Shown here piece after piece: positions 35,940-47,771 of a stretch of DNA of 64,000 nt. Below the pieces are notes generated by a model. That model did not search any database. It was not told where the DNA came from and saw only the letters and a list, made by a program, of their open reading frames with translations. Every line of letters begins with the position of its first letter. Position 1 is the stretch's first letter. The position numbers were made by a program, and so were the translations under genes. This DNA comes from Heteronotia binoei (taxonomy: Eukaryota): contig NC_083228.1 in NCBI RefSeq assembly GCF_032191835.1, forward strand, positions 8,556,001-8,620,000, read 5' to 3'.

Positions 35940-38590
35940 GGATTTGAGGATGAGGTTAGCATCCCTTGAGATGGCTCGCCAATGTTCTTCCTGCAGGAAT
36001 TCCCCTGGGGCCACTTTCTTCCCTAGAAAAAACTTAATGTCTCTCCTTGCATGCAAGTCCTAAAAGTTGTGATTGGGTTGAGCTCTTGAATGTGAGCAAT
36101 TTGGTTTTTATTTTTATCTGCGAATGATAGAGACTTGGTGGTATTTGTGATGCAAGTATGCCTGCGTAGAAGGAATCAGAGCGCGGAAGAAGGGGTGCCT
36201 GAGGATTTGATAAATCACAGATTTTCATAGCAGAACAACACCGGTTGAATTTCTGCAGCCGTTTCAAATGCTAGCCCAATGTGGTGGGTTTTCTGGAAGG
36301 TAAAGAAACCCCTCCCCAACTCTTCCAGGGTTGCTGGATGTCTGCAAAGCAGTCTTGAGCTGGTCGCAGTATTGGGGTGGGGGGAGAGCTGCTCTCTGCA
36401 ATTTTGGATACCTGGGATCCACTGAGCAGAGAACAGAACATCTCAGACCTGAGATTCTACTCCCAGGAAGTTCATTCCTTTGACCCCCACTTGGAAGGTT
36501 CCTTGCCCAATGGTCCTTCAGACCAATGCAGATCTTCCCCAGAAAAACTAACAGTGGGTTGTGGATTTTGTGACTTGGTGGGAGGTCCTTTGGCCTCAAG
36601 GGAGAACCCCCAGTTTCAAAAAGGGGAGAAGCCAATGGCAGCCCACCCCTTGTGCAGCTTCACCATCAGCAGGCTAGAGAGAGCACCTGGCACAGTTTCT
36701 ACATCACAAGTAGAGGGGCTGATGTGCACAGCACTCAGACCTGCAACCCAAGGTAGACTTCGGTAAGCTGAGAGTTGAGTTCACTCTTGTTGGTAACACA
36801 AAAGAACATGCGTATTTTGAGAGCAGCAGTTAAGTTTTGGGATTTTGTCATTGACTGATGTGGCTCCCTGTCCTCTTTCTCCCTCGAGAGAAGGGAAGCT
36901 GGAAAAGTTCTGGGTGAGTTCCTCTCTCTGAGGTTTCTTAAAAGTCTCCCCTCCCATCCTAAAGGTGCTAAGGTGGTAGCACCCCTTGGGGGGGGGGTGG
37001 ATAGAGCAGAAGGCTGTGTGCCCTCTGGGATGCATCCCTTGTCATCACCAGCTCCCTACTTCCCCACTCCTAATTCTAAGGTACAAGGAAAGGAGGTAGA
37101 GTTTAAAATTCTTCCCCTTTACATTTGGAATACAAAATGCTGCAAAATCACCTTCATCTTTGGCCCTGCCCTTCCTTGCCTTGACTGAAGATCTCAGCTC
37201 AGGTATTCCAGAAAGACCCATTTCTTTTTTTCCCTTTGGGATGTGTGTGTGTGCGATTATGTCACTCCTCCGGTTGCTAGAGTGGCCTCTCACTTGCCAA
37301 CAGGACTGAAGAAGGAATGCCCTGTCTCTTTAAGAGAGGCAGAAATGGGCAGCTGAAGCTTTTCATGGCCTGGAAGCAGATATTGCCCTCTTATGCCTCT
37401 CTTAAAGGGGCAGGGTGTTTTTTTCCAGGTGGTTGGCAACCCTGCCTTCCACATAGATATCAGAGAAGTCACATGCAAGGTGGAATCCAAACCCAAGGCA
37501 GACCCCCCCCCCCTCTCCTGATGTCAGGCCACTGCTGTCTCTTTCCCATCACCCAGCCCAATACAATCTACAACAGACACAAAATAAGAATATTATGATT
37601 AGATGGAAATACACTGAGATGGATTTTTCCAAATGTTTCTCTTTTTTCCTTACCCACATTCAGGCCTCATTTTGGGCAGGAGCTCACAGGAAAGCAACTG
37701 CGGAACCTCTAAATTTTATTATGCTCTTTCTTACCTACCCCCTCCCCCCAAAAATACTTGCTTCTGGGCTCCATTGTTCAAAACCTGCTGGGAAAATTTT
37801 GCTGAACTCTTAAGATCTGACAAACTTTCTAATATTTTTTCCTACAAGAGATGGGAAAATAAGCAAAACATATCGAGTAGACCAATGAAAATCTTCCTCA
37901 TGCCACTTGGCCACAGAGGAGAAAGTGATTTTTTTTAAGTATGATGGGGGTAAGTTTTTATTATTACAATTATAATTCAAGGAGCATTTTAAGGTTCCAC
38001 GGGTTATGTGGAAGAATGCTGATATAAACCCTCCAGTGGTGTCAGGATGCCTGTGGCTTTATGCACCTGAGTTATGCAAATGAGTGGTACTAATGAGCTC
38101 CGGCACCTCTTTTTCTACAAACAGCCCAGGTTAAAAAGGTGACTGTGTATCAGGTAATAGGCGATGAGACCTCAAGATGATCATTAATGAGGCGGGGCCC
38201 ACCCTTTCCAATAACTCTGAATTCCATTACTGCAAATATGACAGACTTTGTCGGTCTCTATTTCTGAAAGGCAAAACCTGTGGGTCAAGTGTTATTAACT
38301 GATGTGACGTCTTTAGCTTGCATAGAAATTAGCGGATGCTCATCCAAGGCTCTTGGGTCTAGATGAGCCCTTGAGGAGAATAAATTAAGTTTCTACCCAA
38401 TGGGAGATGTCTGCTCTTTCACATGGATTTCTAATCCCCTTCAGTGGACATGCACAGACCACTTTATGCTCCCTCACCACAGTCTGGGCCTGCTGAGATC
38501 CCTGCACTGATTGTGCCCACCTTTCAGTTTGTGCACTGGGCTGATTTCCAAGCGCTACTGGGCCAGGCTGCTCTTTTGCATCATGCAATA
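35940..38590. repeat. Locus-specific duplicated segment E1, possibly a decayed terminal exon
   Basis: About 36370-38590 is collinear with 46840-48560, with shared peptides such as CPFKRGIRGQYL.PGHEKLQLPISAS. Minus-strand acceptor TTTTGTGTCTGTTGTAG near 37570. All frames contain stops. Repeat inserted at about 37660-38130. Confidence 0.6.
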
Positions 38591-39039
38591 ACTGACCCTC
38601 CCCTTTTTTAATTCAGCATGCTGGGAATCAAACCTAGGGTCTTCTGCATACAGAAAGTTTCCTCAGATTCTCATGAAGGCTGTTCTATGTACTGAAGATT
38701 TTTATTCTTAACCTTATTCACTGAATGCTGACGTGGGCTTCCTTGGTTAGGAGTCCCAGAATATCAGCCAGGATGGAGAAGGGGGCGGGGCAGAGCTTCA
38801 GCTGAGAAAGCCACATTCTAAACCCAATGACTGGAGGTGTTTCTGTTTCCAGCATTGGTTTGGGGCTGCTCACACAGAAGCCGCTTCTTGCATACAAACC
38901 TTGCTTAGCAGTACCTGAACCTCATGGTGGGGCATGAGTTTCTGTGAGGCACTGCTCACTTCTTCATCAAAAAGAGAGCCGGCAAAGCACAATAAAAAAG
39001 CAAAAGACCCTCCAGAAAGGGTGGGGTGTGGTGGGTATC

Positions 39040-40016
39040 TTTTTTCCACTCCACAAACATCCTCCAAAAGGATGATGGTTCCTCATCCTCTTGGAGAGGA
39101 GTGACAAGTGGAGTGCTTCAAGGATCTGTCCCAGGGCCTGTTTTGTTCAACATCTTTATCAGTGATTTAGATGAAGGAATAGAGGGAATGCTTATTAAAT
39201 TTGCAGGTGATACTAAATTGGGAGGGGTTGCAAACACAGAAGAGGACAGAAACAGGATACAGGATGACCTTGACAGGCTGGAAAACTGGTCTAAAAGCAG
39301 TTGGTCTAAAACCAATAAAATGAATTTTAACAGGAAGAAATGTAAAGTTCTGCATTTCAGTAGGAAACATGAGTCAATAGTGTGATGCAGTGGCTAAAAA
39401 GGCAAATGCAGTTTTGGGCTGTATAGTGTCCAGATCATGTGAAGTGATGGTATTGCTTTTCTCTGCTCTGGTAAGACCTCGCCAGGAGTATTGTGTTCAG
39501 TTTTGGGCACCACATTTTAAGAAGGACATAGACAAGTTGGAATGGGTCCAGAGGAGGGCAACGAATATGGTGAGGGGTCTGGAGACCAAGTCTTATGAAG
39601 AAAGGTTGAAAGAGCTGGACATGTTTAGCCTGGAAAGGAGGCGGCTGAGAGGTGATATGATCACCATCTTCAAGTACTTGGAAGGCTGTCATAGAGAGGA
39701 TGGTGTGGAATTGTTTTCTGTGGCCCCAGAAGGCAGGACCAGAACCAATGGGCTGAAATTAAATCAAAAGAGTTTGCGGCTGAACATTAGGAAGAACTTC
39801 CTGACTGTTAGAGCGGTTCCTCAGTGGAACAGCCTTTCTCGGGAGGTGGTGGGCTCTCCTTCCTTGGAGGTTTTAAAACAGAGGCTAGATGGCCATCTGA
39901 CAGCAATTAATATCCTGTGAATTTAGGGGAGGTGTTTGTGAGTTTCCTGCACTGTGCAGTGGATTGGACTAGATGACCCTGGAGGTCCCTTCCAACTCTA
40001 TGATTCTATGATCCTA
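39040..40016 (+). mobile_element. CR1 LINE 3' fragment with internal deletion
   Basis: [23 protein letters not shown]...[11 protein letters not shown]1 ORF2 C-terminus and (GATTCTAT)n tail. Confidence 0.9.
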
Positions 40017-40539
40017 TGAAACACCCCTGGGGCTGGTCTTCAAAGGTGGATTAGCCCTATGTGATTAAGTTAGGCGCCCTTGCGGTGGGGCAGGTTAAAG
40101 ACCCACCCTCTGAAAGTCCAGGAAAAGGGAAAGGAACCCTTGGGACAAAGGGAGAGTCTCCTCTATCAAATACAAATCTCTCGCTGTCTTCCAACACTCT
40201 GAATTAGGGCATTTCCTTAAATCAGAACCCTGCATTGGTTTACACTGGTGACACCCACTGACTGTCTGGAAGATGCTGCCAGCGACTTTCTTGTCTTCTG
40301 TGGCACCAATTCCCAGTTCCTACCAACTCTGAAAAAAATAACTCCGGGAGCTGCAGATCTGTGTTGGCAAACAGTTGCAATCCTCCATTTCTTCCCCTCC
40401 TCGCTGCAGCTCCCTAATTTGTACTTGCTGTTGATCTGTGTGGTTCCTGTGACTTCAGGAATGATTTTTCTAGGAAAGGAATGCTCAGGGGAGTATCCAT
40501 ATCCGCCAATATCTTTTGCTAGTGGCTGGCAACCTGGCA

Positions 40540-40800
40540 TTTTATTTATTTATTTATTTATTTATTCATTCCGTAACTTATACCCCGCCCTTCCCACAGA
40601 GTGGCTCAGGGCGGCTCACAGCAAACGATAAAACAATAAAACAAAGTGCAGAATGATTACATTTAAAAAGTCAAAGCATTTAAAAACCTAAAAACCTAAA
40701 ATTCTTAACATTAAAACTATACAATACAATTCACAGAAGTCTAATAAGCTGCATTTATCCAGTCAGGCGTAGGCTAACCGGAAGACGGTTGTCTTCAGCT
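40540..40800 (-). mobile_element. LINE 3'-end fragment (L2/RTE-like), cutting the SLU7 3' UTR
   Basis: (TTTA)n followed by CCCGCCCTTCCCAC...GCTCAGGGCGGCT. Same family at about 60065-60520 and 45270-45420. Confidence 0.55.
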
Positions 40801-40930
40801 GAAACACCTGCAGTAAACTCTTTCAGCTTAAAATTGCTATATATATATATATATACAAGGCAGAAAACGGGCAGAGCTTCGTTCACTTGGTCACCATGCC
40901 CTGTGGGCTTGTGAGTTCTTTTCACAAATA

Positions 40931-42682
40931 CTACTGTCCCAAGAAAGAGGCCATGGGATCATCTGGACGCTGACGCTTCATTTGATAAGCCTCCATTTCT
41001 TCTTCTGTTGGCTCCCGGCTTTCATACATGCTGTTATAAGGTCTCTTTCTTTCATCTAATTGCATGATCTCTTTCACGTGGAGGAGACGGGCTTCTTCTG
41101 CATTTAGTGCCTTTTTCAGTTTTTCCTGTTTTTTTCTCTCTTCTCCCTCACTGTCAGAACTGGTACTTTTCTGATGCCTTTTCTTCTTCTTCTTTTCTTC
41201 TCCCTGTTTTTCTTGATGGATCTCTACAAGAGTTTTGGGAACAGTCCCGTACTCTTCCTCATTTGATTCTCCAGCAGGCAATTCTTCATCAGCATTAACC
41301 ATTTCTTTTCCAGCCTCTCCTGTGCAGTATGAATACTTGACAAATGAGTAGCAGCATTTATATCCCCATTTGTCGTCCTTCCAATACGAACCCCAAATAC
41401 ACGTGTGATTGTTGATCATAACGTCTTCTTCATATTTAGAGCGAGCAACTGCCTTTTCTTGGCCTTTAATAACTGTTCCATGTCTAGAATATTCCACATA
41501 ATCTTCTGTTTGAGCAAGCAGTAATTCATTTGGTGGGGCATCCAGATGTTCTTGCCCTCCATACTTCTCCAGGATGCTCTCTTTCTGCTGCTCCTTGAAG
41601 TCTTCTTTTTTCACTTTGAACGATTTGTACAAAAGTTCGAGTTTTGTAGGATCTGCTTGGAGATGAACCTCAGAGCCTTTTTCATAAGCCTCCCAAGCAA
41701 ATAGCTGTGTTTGTGCCATTGAAATGGTATCCCCAGTGTAACGAACAAAGTTATCACCTGCATAACTGACCTCATCTGGATTCTTTCCTGCATTGGCATA
41801 TGGATTCTCCCTCATTGCTCTTGTCTTGGGATCATAGTATGCTGAATTGGGGTCTAGATCCCGCAAGTATTTGGCAATATCTTCTCGAATGCGCAGATTC
41901 CGGACTGTAATGCGCCGCTTGGAGTCAAAATTCTGCCCAGGCATGTCAATGTCATCTGCGTATTTGTCTTCATCCTCATCTTCGCTGTTATGATCTCGTT
42001 CCATCTGTGAATTTGGTTCCTCTTCGCCCCACCGATGCCTTGGAGAGCTCACCTGCTCTGTCAGTTTTCCGGAAGCCAACTCCTCCTGCAGTTTCTGTGC
42101 TTTCAGTGTGCGCTTAGCTAAATCAACTTTGGCATATTCCTCTACAATCTTCACGTGCTCTTCTGGGTTGTAGCCATTCCAACGGTCTCTTTTTCCATCA
42201 TAATCAAACTTCAGCTGTGGCTGCATGTGCTCATCAGGTGCAATGTTCGTTCCTGTGCATTTTGCTCCAACTTTTCTAGGTCTCTCCAGGCAATCTTTCT
42301 TCTTATGTGTCAACGCACCACAGTTTTCACAGGCTCCTTTGCGGTATTTTGTTGCAACGGAATTCTCTTTCACCCCTCGCTTATACCATTCTCCTTGTGC
42401 AGTCAATTCTTTCTGCTTCTCTGGCTGGGGTCTCTGATGCTTTAGTGTAGGTCTTTTGGAAGGGTCTATATACCATGGCACAGAGGAAATGTACTGAGGA
42501 ATATGAGGATTAATGTCCTTTCCCTCTTCATCCACTTCAGCTGGTGCATTGCCCAGTTTTCTCTGTTCTTCCAACTCTTTCTTCTTTCTCCAGTCCTCCC
42601 TTGTCATTTTTTTAGGCTCTTCTAAACCATTTGACCCTCCAGCAGGGTTAGATGCTATTGCTTCCATATTTACAGATGCCAT
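40931..42682 (-). CDS. SLU7: Intronless SLU7 retrocopy, full length 583 aa
   Basis: [46 protein letters not shown]...[14 protein letters not shown]...[12 protein letters not shown]. No introns or stops. ATG placed at 42682 by homology. Confidence 0.95.
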   Translation of the reverse strand: MASVNMEAIASNPAGGSNGLEEPKKMTREDWRKKKELEEQRKLGNAPAEVDEEGKDINPHIPQYISSVPWYIDPSKRPTLKHQRPQPEKQKELTAQGEWYKRGVKENSVATKYRKGACENCGALTHKKKDCLERPRKVGAKCTGTNIAPDEHMQPQLKFDYDGKRDRWNGYNPEEHVKIVEEYAKVDLAKRTLKAQKLQEELASGKLTEQVSSPRHRWGEEEPNSQMERDHNSEDEDEDKYADDIDMPGQNFDSKRRITVRNLRIREDIAKYLRDLDPNSAYYDPKTRAMRENPYANAGKNPDEVSYAGDNFVRYTGDTISMAQTQLFAWEAYEKGSEVHLQADPTKLELLYKSFKVKKEDFKEQQKESILEKYGGQEHLDAPPNELLLAQTEDYVEYSRHGTVIKGQEKAVARSKYEEDVMINNHTCIWGSYWKDDKWGYKCCYSFVKYSYCTGEAGKEMVNADEELPAGESNEEEYGTVPKTLVEIHQEKQGEEKKKKKRHQKSTSSDSEGEERKKQEKLKKALNAEEARLLHVKEIMQLDERKRPYNSMYESREPTEEEMEAYQMKRQRPDDPMASFLGQ

Positions 42683-42727
42683 CGTCGTCTTGCTAAAGAT
42701 CAGGCTCTCCTCGTACGCCACCGGTTC

Positions 42728-42805
42728 CACTTCCCACAATGCACGCTGCAACACCGTTTCCTGCAATAAGACGACAAACTGACGTCACTAATGGCGCATT
42801 TCCGG
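42728..42805 (-). promoter_or_regulatory. Housekeeping-type promoter motifs at the 5' end of the SLU7 copy
   Basis: CCGGAAAT (42805-42798), ATGGCG/CGCCAT (42791-42796), TGACGTCA (42780-42787), GGAAGTG (42734-42728). Confidence 0.55.
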
Positions 42806-43808
42806 TGAGACATCTAAACCTACCACCAAAAATTCTTTTTTTACAAAAAAAATGCAATGTTCTCTTTGTTTGCAGAGCTACACAAAGTCCAAGAAATCCC
42901 AAAACGGGAGTACACTGGAATGAGACTACTGTTTGACAAAGATCCTGAACTAACTTACAGCTTGCAGCTTTTACAGCAAACCTTTCAGGATCCTGCATTA
43001 ATTTAGAACTTTTTTAACAACCATGGTTACAAAAAATTATTTAACCAAACTGAAGACTTTTAAATGCATCAGACTGACGGAACTGGAGGCAGCGCCATCT
43101 AATATCAGATTTTTCAATAGTAACAGAACCAAAAAAAACTTTTTATATCAACACAAGTTTGAAATGAACAACAGACTGGAATTGGTACAAAGGAGAGGAC
43201 TTTATTTAATGTTTACAATTTATCTCTGAAATGACTCCACTTGAAGGACTGATCACTTTAAAAGCTAATTTACCAGTTTGTGCCATAACTCTCAACACGA
43301 GTAGATGGCGTTCCCATAGGAAATAATGGAGAATTGATCCATGGCTATCTGGGGCTCTGGGGTGGAGGGGCTGTTTTATGAAGTAGAGACACCAAAGTTT
43401 TGAAACTTGGGGGGTATTTGCAGTGCCTCTCCCTGAAATACCCCCCAAGTTTCAAAAGGATTGATCCATGAGCCCCAAAAGAAGGTGCCCCTCTCCTTCA
43501 TTATTTCCTATGGAGGGAAGGCATTTTAAAAGGTGTGCCGTCCCTTTCAATGTGATGGCCAGAACTCCCTTGGAGTTCAATTATGCTTGTCACACCCTTG
43601 CTCCCACCCCCAAAGTCTCCAGCTATTTCTTGAACGGGACCTGGCAACCCTTCTAGGATCTGAGTAGGCAGGTTCCATTCTGAGGATTTCTTCCCGCACT
43701 GCTGAGAAGTTTCCAACCCGCTCAGTCATTTGAACCGCACAATGAACACACCAGACACACAACCAGGCAAAAGGGAGGCAGAAAAACCAAGGAACCCCCC
43801 CGACTTAC

Positions 43809-43996
43809 TTGGACCCTGCATTCCGGGGCGCCGATCCTTCTTGCCAGCTCCTCCCTCGTGCCGATGCCTGGGTACCGGTGCTTCTCAAAGGCGCCCACCA
43901 AAATCTCCAGCTGCTGCTTCGTGAAGACCGTCCGCTTCCTCCTGCGGCCCGCTGCGGAGCTGCCCTCCAGCCACTGGGGCCCCGGGAAAGCGGCGC
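43809..43996 (-). CDS. DUX-like homeobox gene 2, helix-1/2 exon, in a CpG island
   Basis: AAFPGPQWLEGSSAAGRRRKRTVFTKQQLEILVGAFEKHRYPGIGTREELARRIGAPECRVQ then GTAAGT. Phase-1 acceptor CTTTCCCCGCAG. Downstream intron resembles 27420-27480. Not in the ORF track because it has no start codon. Confidence 0.9.
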
Positions 43997-44339
43997 CTGC
44001 GGGGAAAGCACAAAGGGGGCGCTCGCCTTGAAGCCGCTCCCTCCAAACCCGACCTCGCGGCCTCGCCCGCCCGCAGCAGCAGAAGGGAAGGGCAGGGCAG
44101 GTCCCCGGGGCGAGCCCCAGTCACCCCGAGGTGGGAAAGCCTTTGTGCCGTCCAGGAATCGCAGAGCCCCAGCTGTTTGGTGCCCACCGACCGTGATCGG
44201 GGGAGACTTTGCCCGAAGCTTGCTCGAGGGTGACCCAGCCTTCTATCCTCCCGAGGTCAGTTAAACGAGGACCCGGCTTGCTGGAGGGAAGGTGTAGCTG
44301 ACTGGGGAAGGCAACGGCAAAGCGCCCCGTCCAAAGCTG

Positions 44340-44570
44340 AAAACCAAGTCTTCTTCTACGGCACAGTCATTGGACAAGGGATGCTGGCTCAGGGGCCAAG
44401 ATTTAAGGGCTCCTTGTGGGGGCCCTGCCTTGACCCCGCCCTTGATCGTCTCCAATGGGAGGTGACCTGGGAGGGTCGTGAAGTTCTCAGCTGGGGAATG
44501 AGGCCTTCTTCAGGTTGTTTTGATGCTTTATGCAAAGAGGGGGTGACTCAGAGGGACCTTATCTTGATCT
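44340..44570 (-). promoter_or_regulatory. Duplicated module, copy D, pointing towards homeobox gene 2
   Basis: TGACTCA (44544-44550). On the minus strand CCATTGG, GGGCGGGG and CTTAAAT, at the position where copy B2 has TATAAG. Confidence 0.5.
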
Positions 44571-46259
44571 GGGCCAGGGAAAGACACAGATAAGCAGCTA
44601 AGTCCCTTCCGGCTGTGGAGCCCCTTTGACTGCAAAGACCTTTCTTGGGCCCCTGCCAGAAAAAAGGGCTAGAGCTCCATCCCCCCTCCTTGGCCCTCTG
44701 CAATCTGAACAGGGCCCAGCCTCTTCCCTGCCAAGTTCCAATCCTGGGCATGTTTCTCTGGGCCTAAGTCTCACCTTATGCAATTCCATTTACATGCATA
44801 GGACTGGGCAGGCCTCATTTGGGGCAAGAACTCACAGGAGCAGAACTCTGGAACCTCTAAATTTTATTGTGCTCTTTCTTTCTCTCCCCACCCCCCCAAT
44901 ACTTGTTTCCGGGCTCCAGTGTTCAACCCCCCCTGTGAGAATTTGGCTGAACTCTAAGATTTGACAACCTTTCTAATATTTCCCCCCACCAAAAAATGGG
45001 AAAATAACCAAAACATGTAAAAGCAGACAGATCATAGAATCATAGAGTTGGAAGGGACCTCCAGGGTCATCTAGTCCAACCCCCTGCAAAATGCCACTGC
45101 GGCTACATAGGAGAAAGTCATTTGAAAAGTATGATGGGAGCAGTGTTCCCTTGAAGCGGAGTTAGTGTGAGCTGGCTCACAGTCTTTTCGCCTCTGGCTC
45201 ACACATTTTTTGTCTTAGCTCAGGAAAAATGGCCCCAGAGCAAGCTAATTTATGCAGTATCTCTTTACTTTTTACTTTATTTGATTTACATTCCGCCCTT
45301 CCTGCCGAAGCAGGCTCAGGGCGGCTCACAACATAAAATCACAACAATTAAGATTCCACAACTATATTACAAAATTTAATTCCATAAATAAAACGATCTG
45401 GTGCTAGCGTCCTTCAAGATAGTTCCAATGGCTTCAGTATTTCTTAAGATTTCCCTACAGTAAAAATGGCTCCGCATCAGTCAGACTTTAATGCCAGGAG
45501 CTCACAAAGAAGAATTTTTGCTCACAAGACTCCACAGCTTAGAGGGAGTATTGGATGGGAGCAAGGTTGATTATGACAATTGTACTTCAAGCAGCATTTG
45601 AAGGTAGAGGCTGAGCTGATATAATTTGGTTCACCTTCCGGTGACGTCAGGGGTGTGTGGCATATGCAAAGGAGTTATGCCAATAAGTTGTGCTAATGAG
45701 CTCTGGCACCCCTTTTTCTATGAAATGACCCCTGGGACTGGGCCCAAAAAATTATTCTCCCCAAATTTTGGTGGATGGGGGAGACGGTTGGCTGTGCAGG
45801 CAGAGGGCAAACCTGACCTCCAGTTTCCACTTCTGCAAGCTGACTCAAAGCCGTTGAGTGCAAAGAAAGGGCAAGATTCAAGTCCAGCAGGTTAAAGACC
45901 CGCCAGATTTCTGGGGATATTAACTTTAGAGATTCAAAGTCCCTGTCTTTACGTTCAAGTTGGAACAGAGATCTCGAAACCCTTACGTTGCAGGCATCTC
46001 CATCCTTCCTTGTATCAGACCCACAGTGGCTCCTGTTGCTCTTCTCTAGTCAAACTTCTTCCTCACAACAACCCTGTGAGGTAGGCTAGGCTGTGAGTCT
46101 GTGACTGGCCCAAGGTCACCTACCAAGCTCCATGGCACAGGCTGGGATTTCTATAAATAGGAAAGGCACAACATCACAAATCAACTTGTTCTGGAGTTGT
46201 GGGTCTCACTCACGGATGGCTGAGAAACTGCATTCCTGTGGCGACCCCTGGCCTTCTGT

Positions 46260-46830
46260 TTTTTTCATGCATGGAATCATAGAGTTGGAAGAGACCTCCA
46301 GGGTCATCTAGTCCAACCCCCTGCACAATGCAGGCAACTCACAAATACCTCCCCCTAAATCCACAGGATCTTCATTGCTGTCAGATGGCCATCTAGCATC
46401 TGTTTAAAAACCTCCAAGGAAGGAGAGCCCACCACCTCTCAAGGACGCCTGTTCCACTGAGGAACTGCTCTAACAGCCAGGATGTTCTTCCTAATGTTGA
46501 GTTAGAAACTCTTTTGATTTAATTTCAACCCCTTGGTTCTGGTCCTACCTTCTGGGTCCACAGAAAACAACTCCACACCATCCTCTATAGGACAGCCCTT
46601 CAAGTACTTGAAGATGGTGATCATATCACCTCTCAGCCGCCTCCTCTCCAGGCTAAACATGCCCAGCTCCTTCAAGCTTTCCTCATAGGACTTGGTCTCC
46701 AGACCCCTCAGCAGTCTTCGTTGCCCTCCTCTGGACCTGTTCCAGCTTGTCTATATCCTTCTTAAAATGTGGGCCCCAAAACTGAACACAAGACTCCAGG
46801 TGAGGTCTTATCAGAGCAGAGTAAGCAAGG
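46260..46830 (-). mobile_element. CR1 LINE 3' fragment
   Basis: Reverse complement of 39460-40016. Confidence 0.85.
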
Positions 46831-46839
46831 CAGTCTTAC

Positions 46840-47733
46840 TCTTGAGCTGCTGGTGGTCAGTATTGGGGGGGGGGGGAGCTGGTCTCCCCAGTCGCTGACC
46901 GCTGGGATCCACTCATCAGAGAACAGAAGAGAAGATCTTGGGCCTGGGGTTCTACTTGGAGGAAGCTCATTCCTTTGGCCCCCACCTCCCCAGGCCCCAT
47001 TCAGACCAAGGCAGATCTAGTTCAGAAAATCTTCCCAGCGGGTTGTGCATTTTGTGACTTGGGGGGAGGCCCTTGCCCTTTGGCCTCAAGCGAGAGCCGC
47101 TGGTTTCAGAAAAGGGAGAAGCCAATGGCAGCTCAGCTCTCGTCCAGCTTCACCAGCGGCAGGCTAGAGAGAGCATCTAGCACAGTTTCTACGTCACAAG
47201 TAGAGGGGCTGATGTACAAAGCACTCAAATCTGCAACCCAAGGTAGACTTTGGTGAGTTGGGAGTGGCGCTCACTTTTGTTGGTAACACAAAATAACACG
47301 CATATTATGAGAGCAGCATTTCTAAGCTTTTTAGTTTTGGGATTTTTGCCATCAACTGATGTGTCTACCTATCCTCAGGGAGAGAGGTGAAGTTGGAAAA
47401 GTTCTGGGTGGGTTCCTCTCTCTGATGGGGCTTTAACGTCTCCCCTCCCATCCTGAAGGTGCGAAGGTGGCAGTGCCCCTGGGGATGGATAGAGCAAGAG
47501 GCTGGGTGCCCTCAGGGGGATGCCTCCCTTGTCATCACCAGCTCCCTACTTCCCCACTCCTAATTCTAACTACAAGGAAAGGAGGCAGGGTTTAAAATTC
47601 TTCTTCCCCTTTACATTTGGAATGCAAAATGCTGCAGAATCACCCTCATCTTTGGCCCTGCCCTTCCTTCCCTTGACTGAAGATCTCAGTTCAGATATTC
47701 CAGAAAGACCCATTTCTTTTTTTCCCCTTTGGG

Positions 47734-47771
<38 letters not shown>

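Noticed and set aside
40062-40072. Perfect DUX4-type motif (TAACTTAATCA on the minus strand)
   Set aside because: A rough base-composition estimate gives about 0.5 expected matches per 64 kb, so one hit is not informative.
40220-40410. RRGR...FANTDLQLPELFF...LPDSQWV on the minus strand, a possible decayed homeobox
   Set aside because: Needs indels to align, lacks the YP motif and a splice donor, and is compatible with chance.
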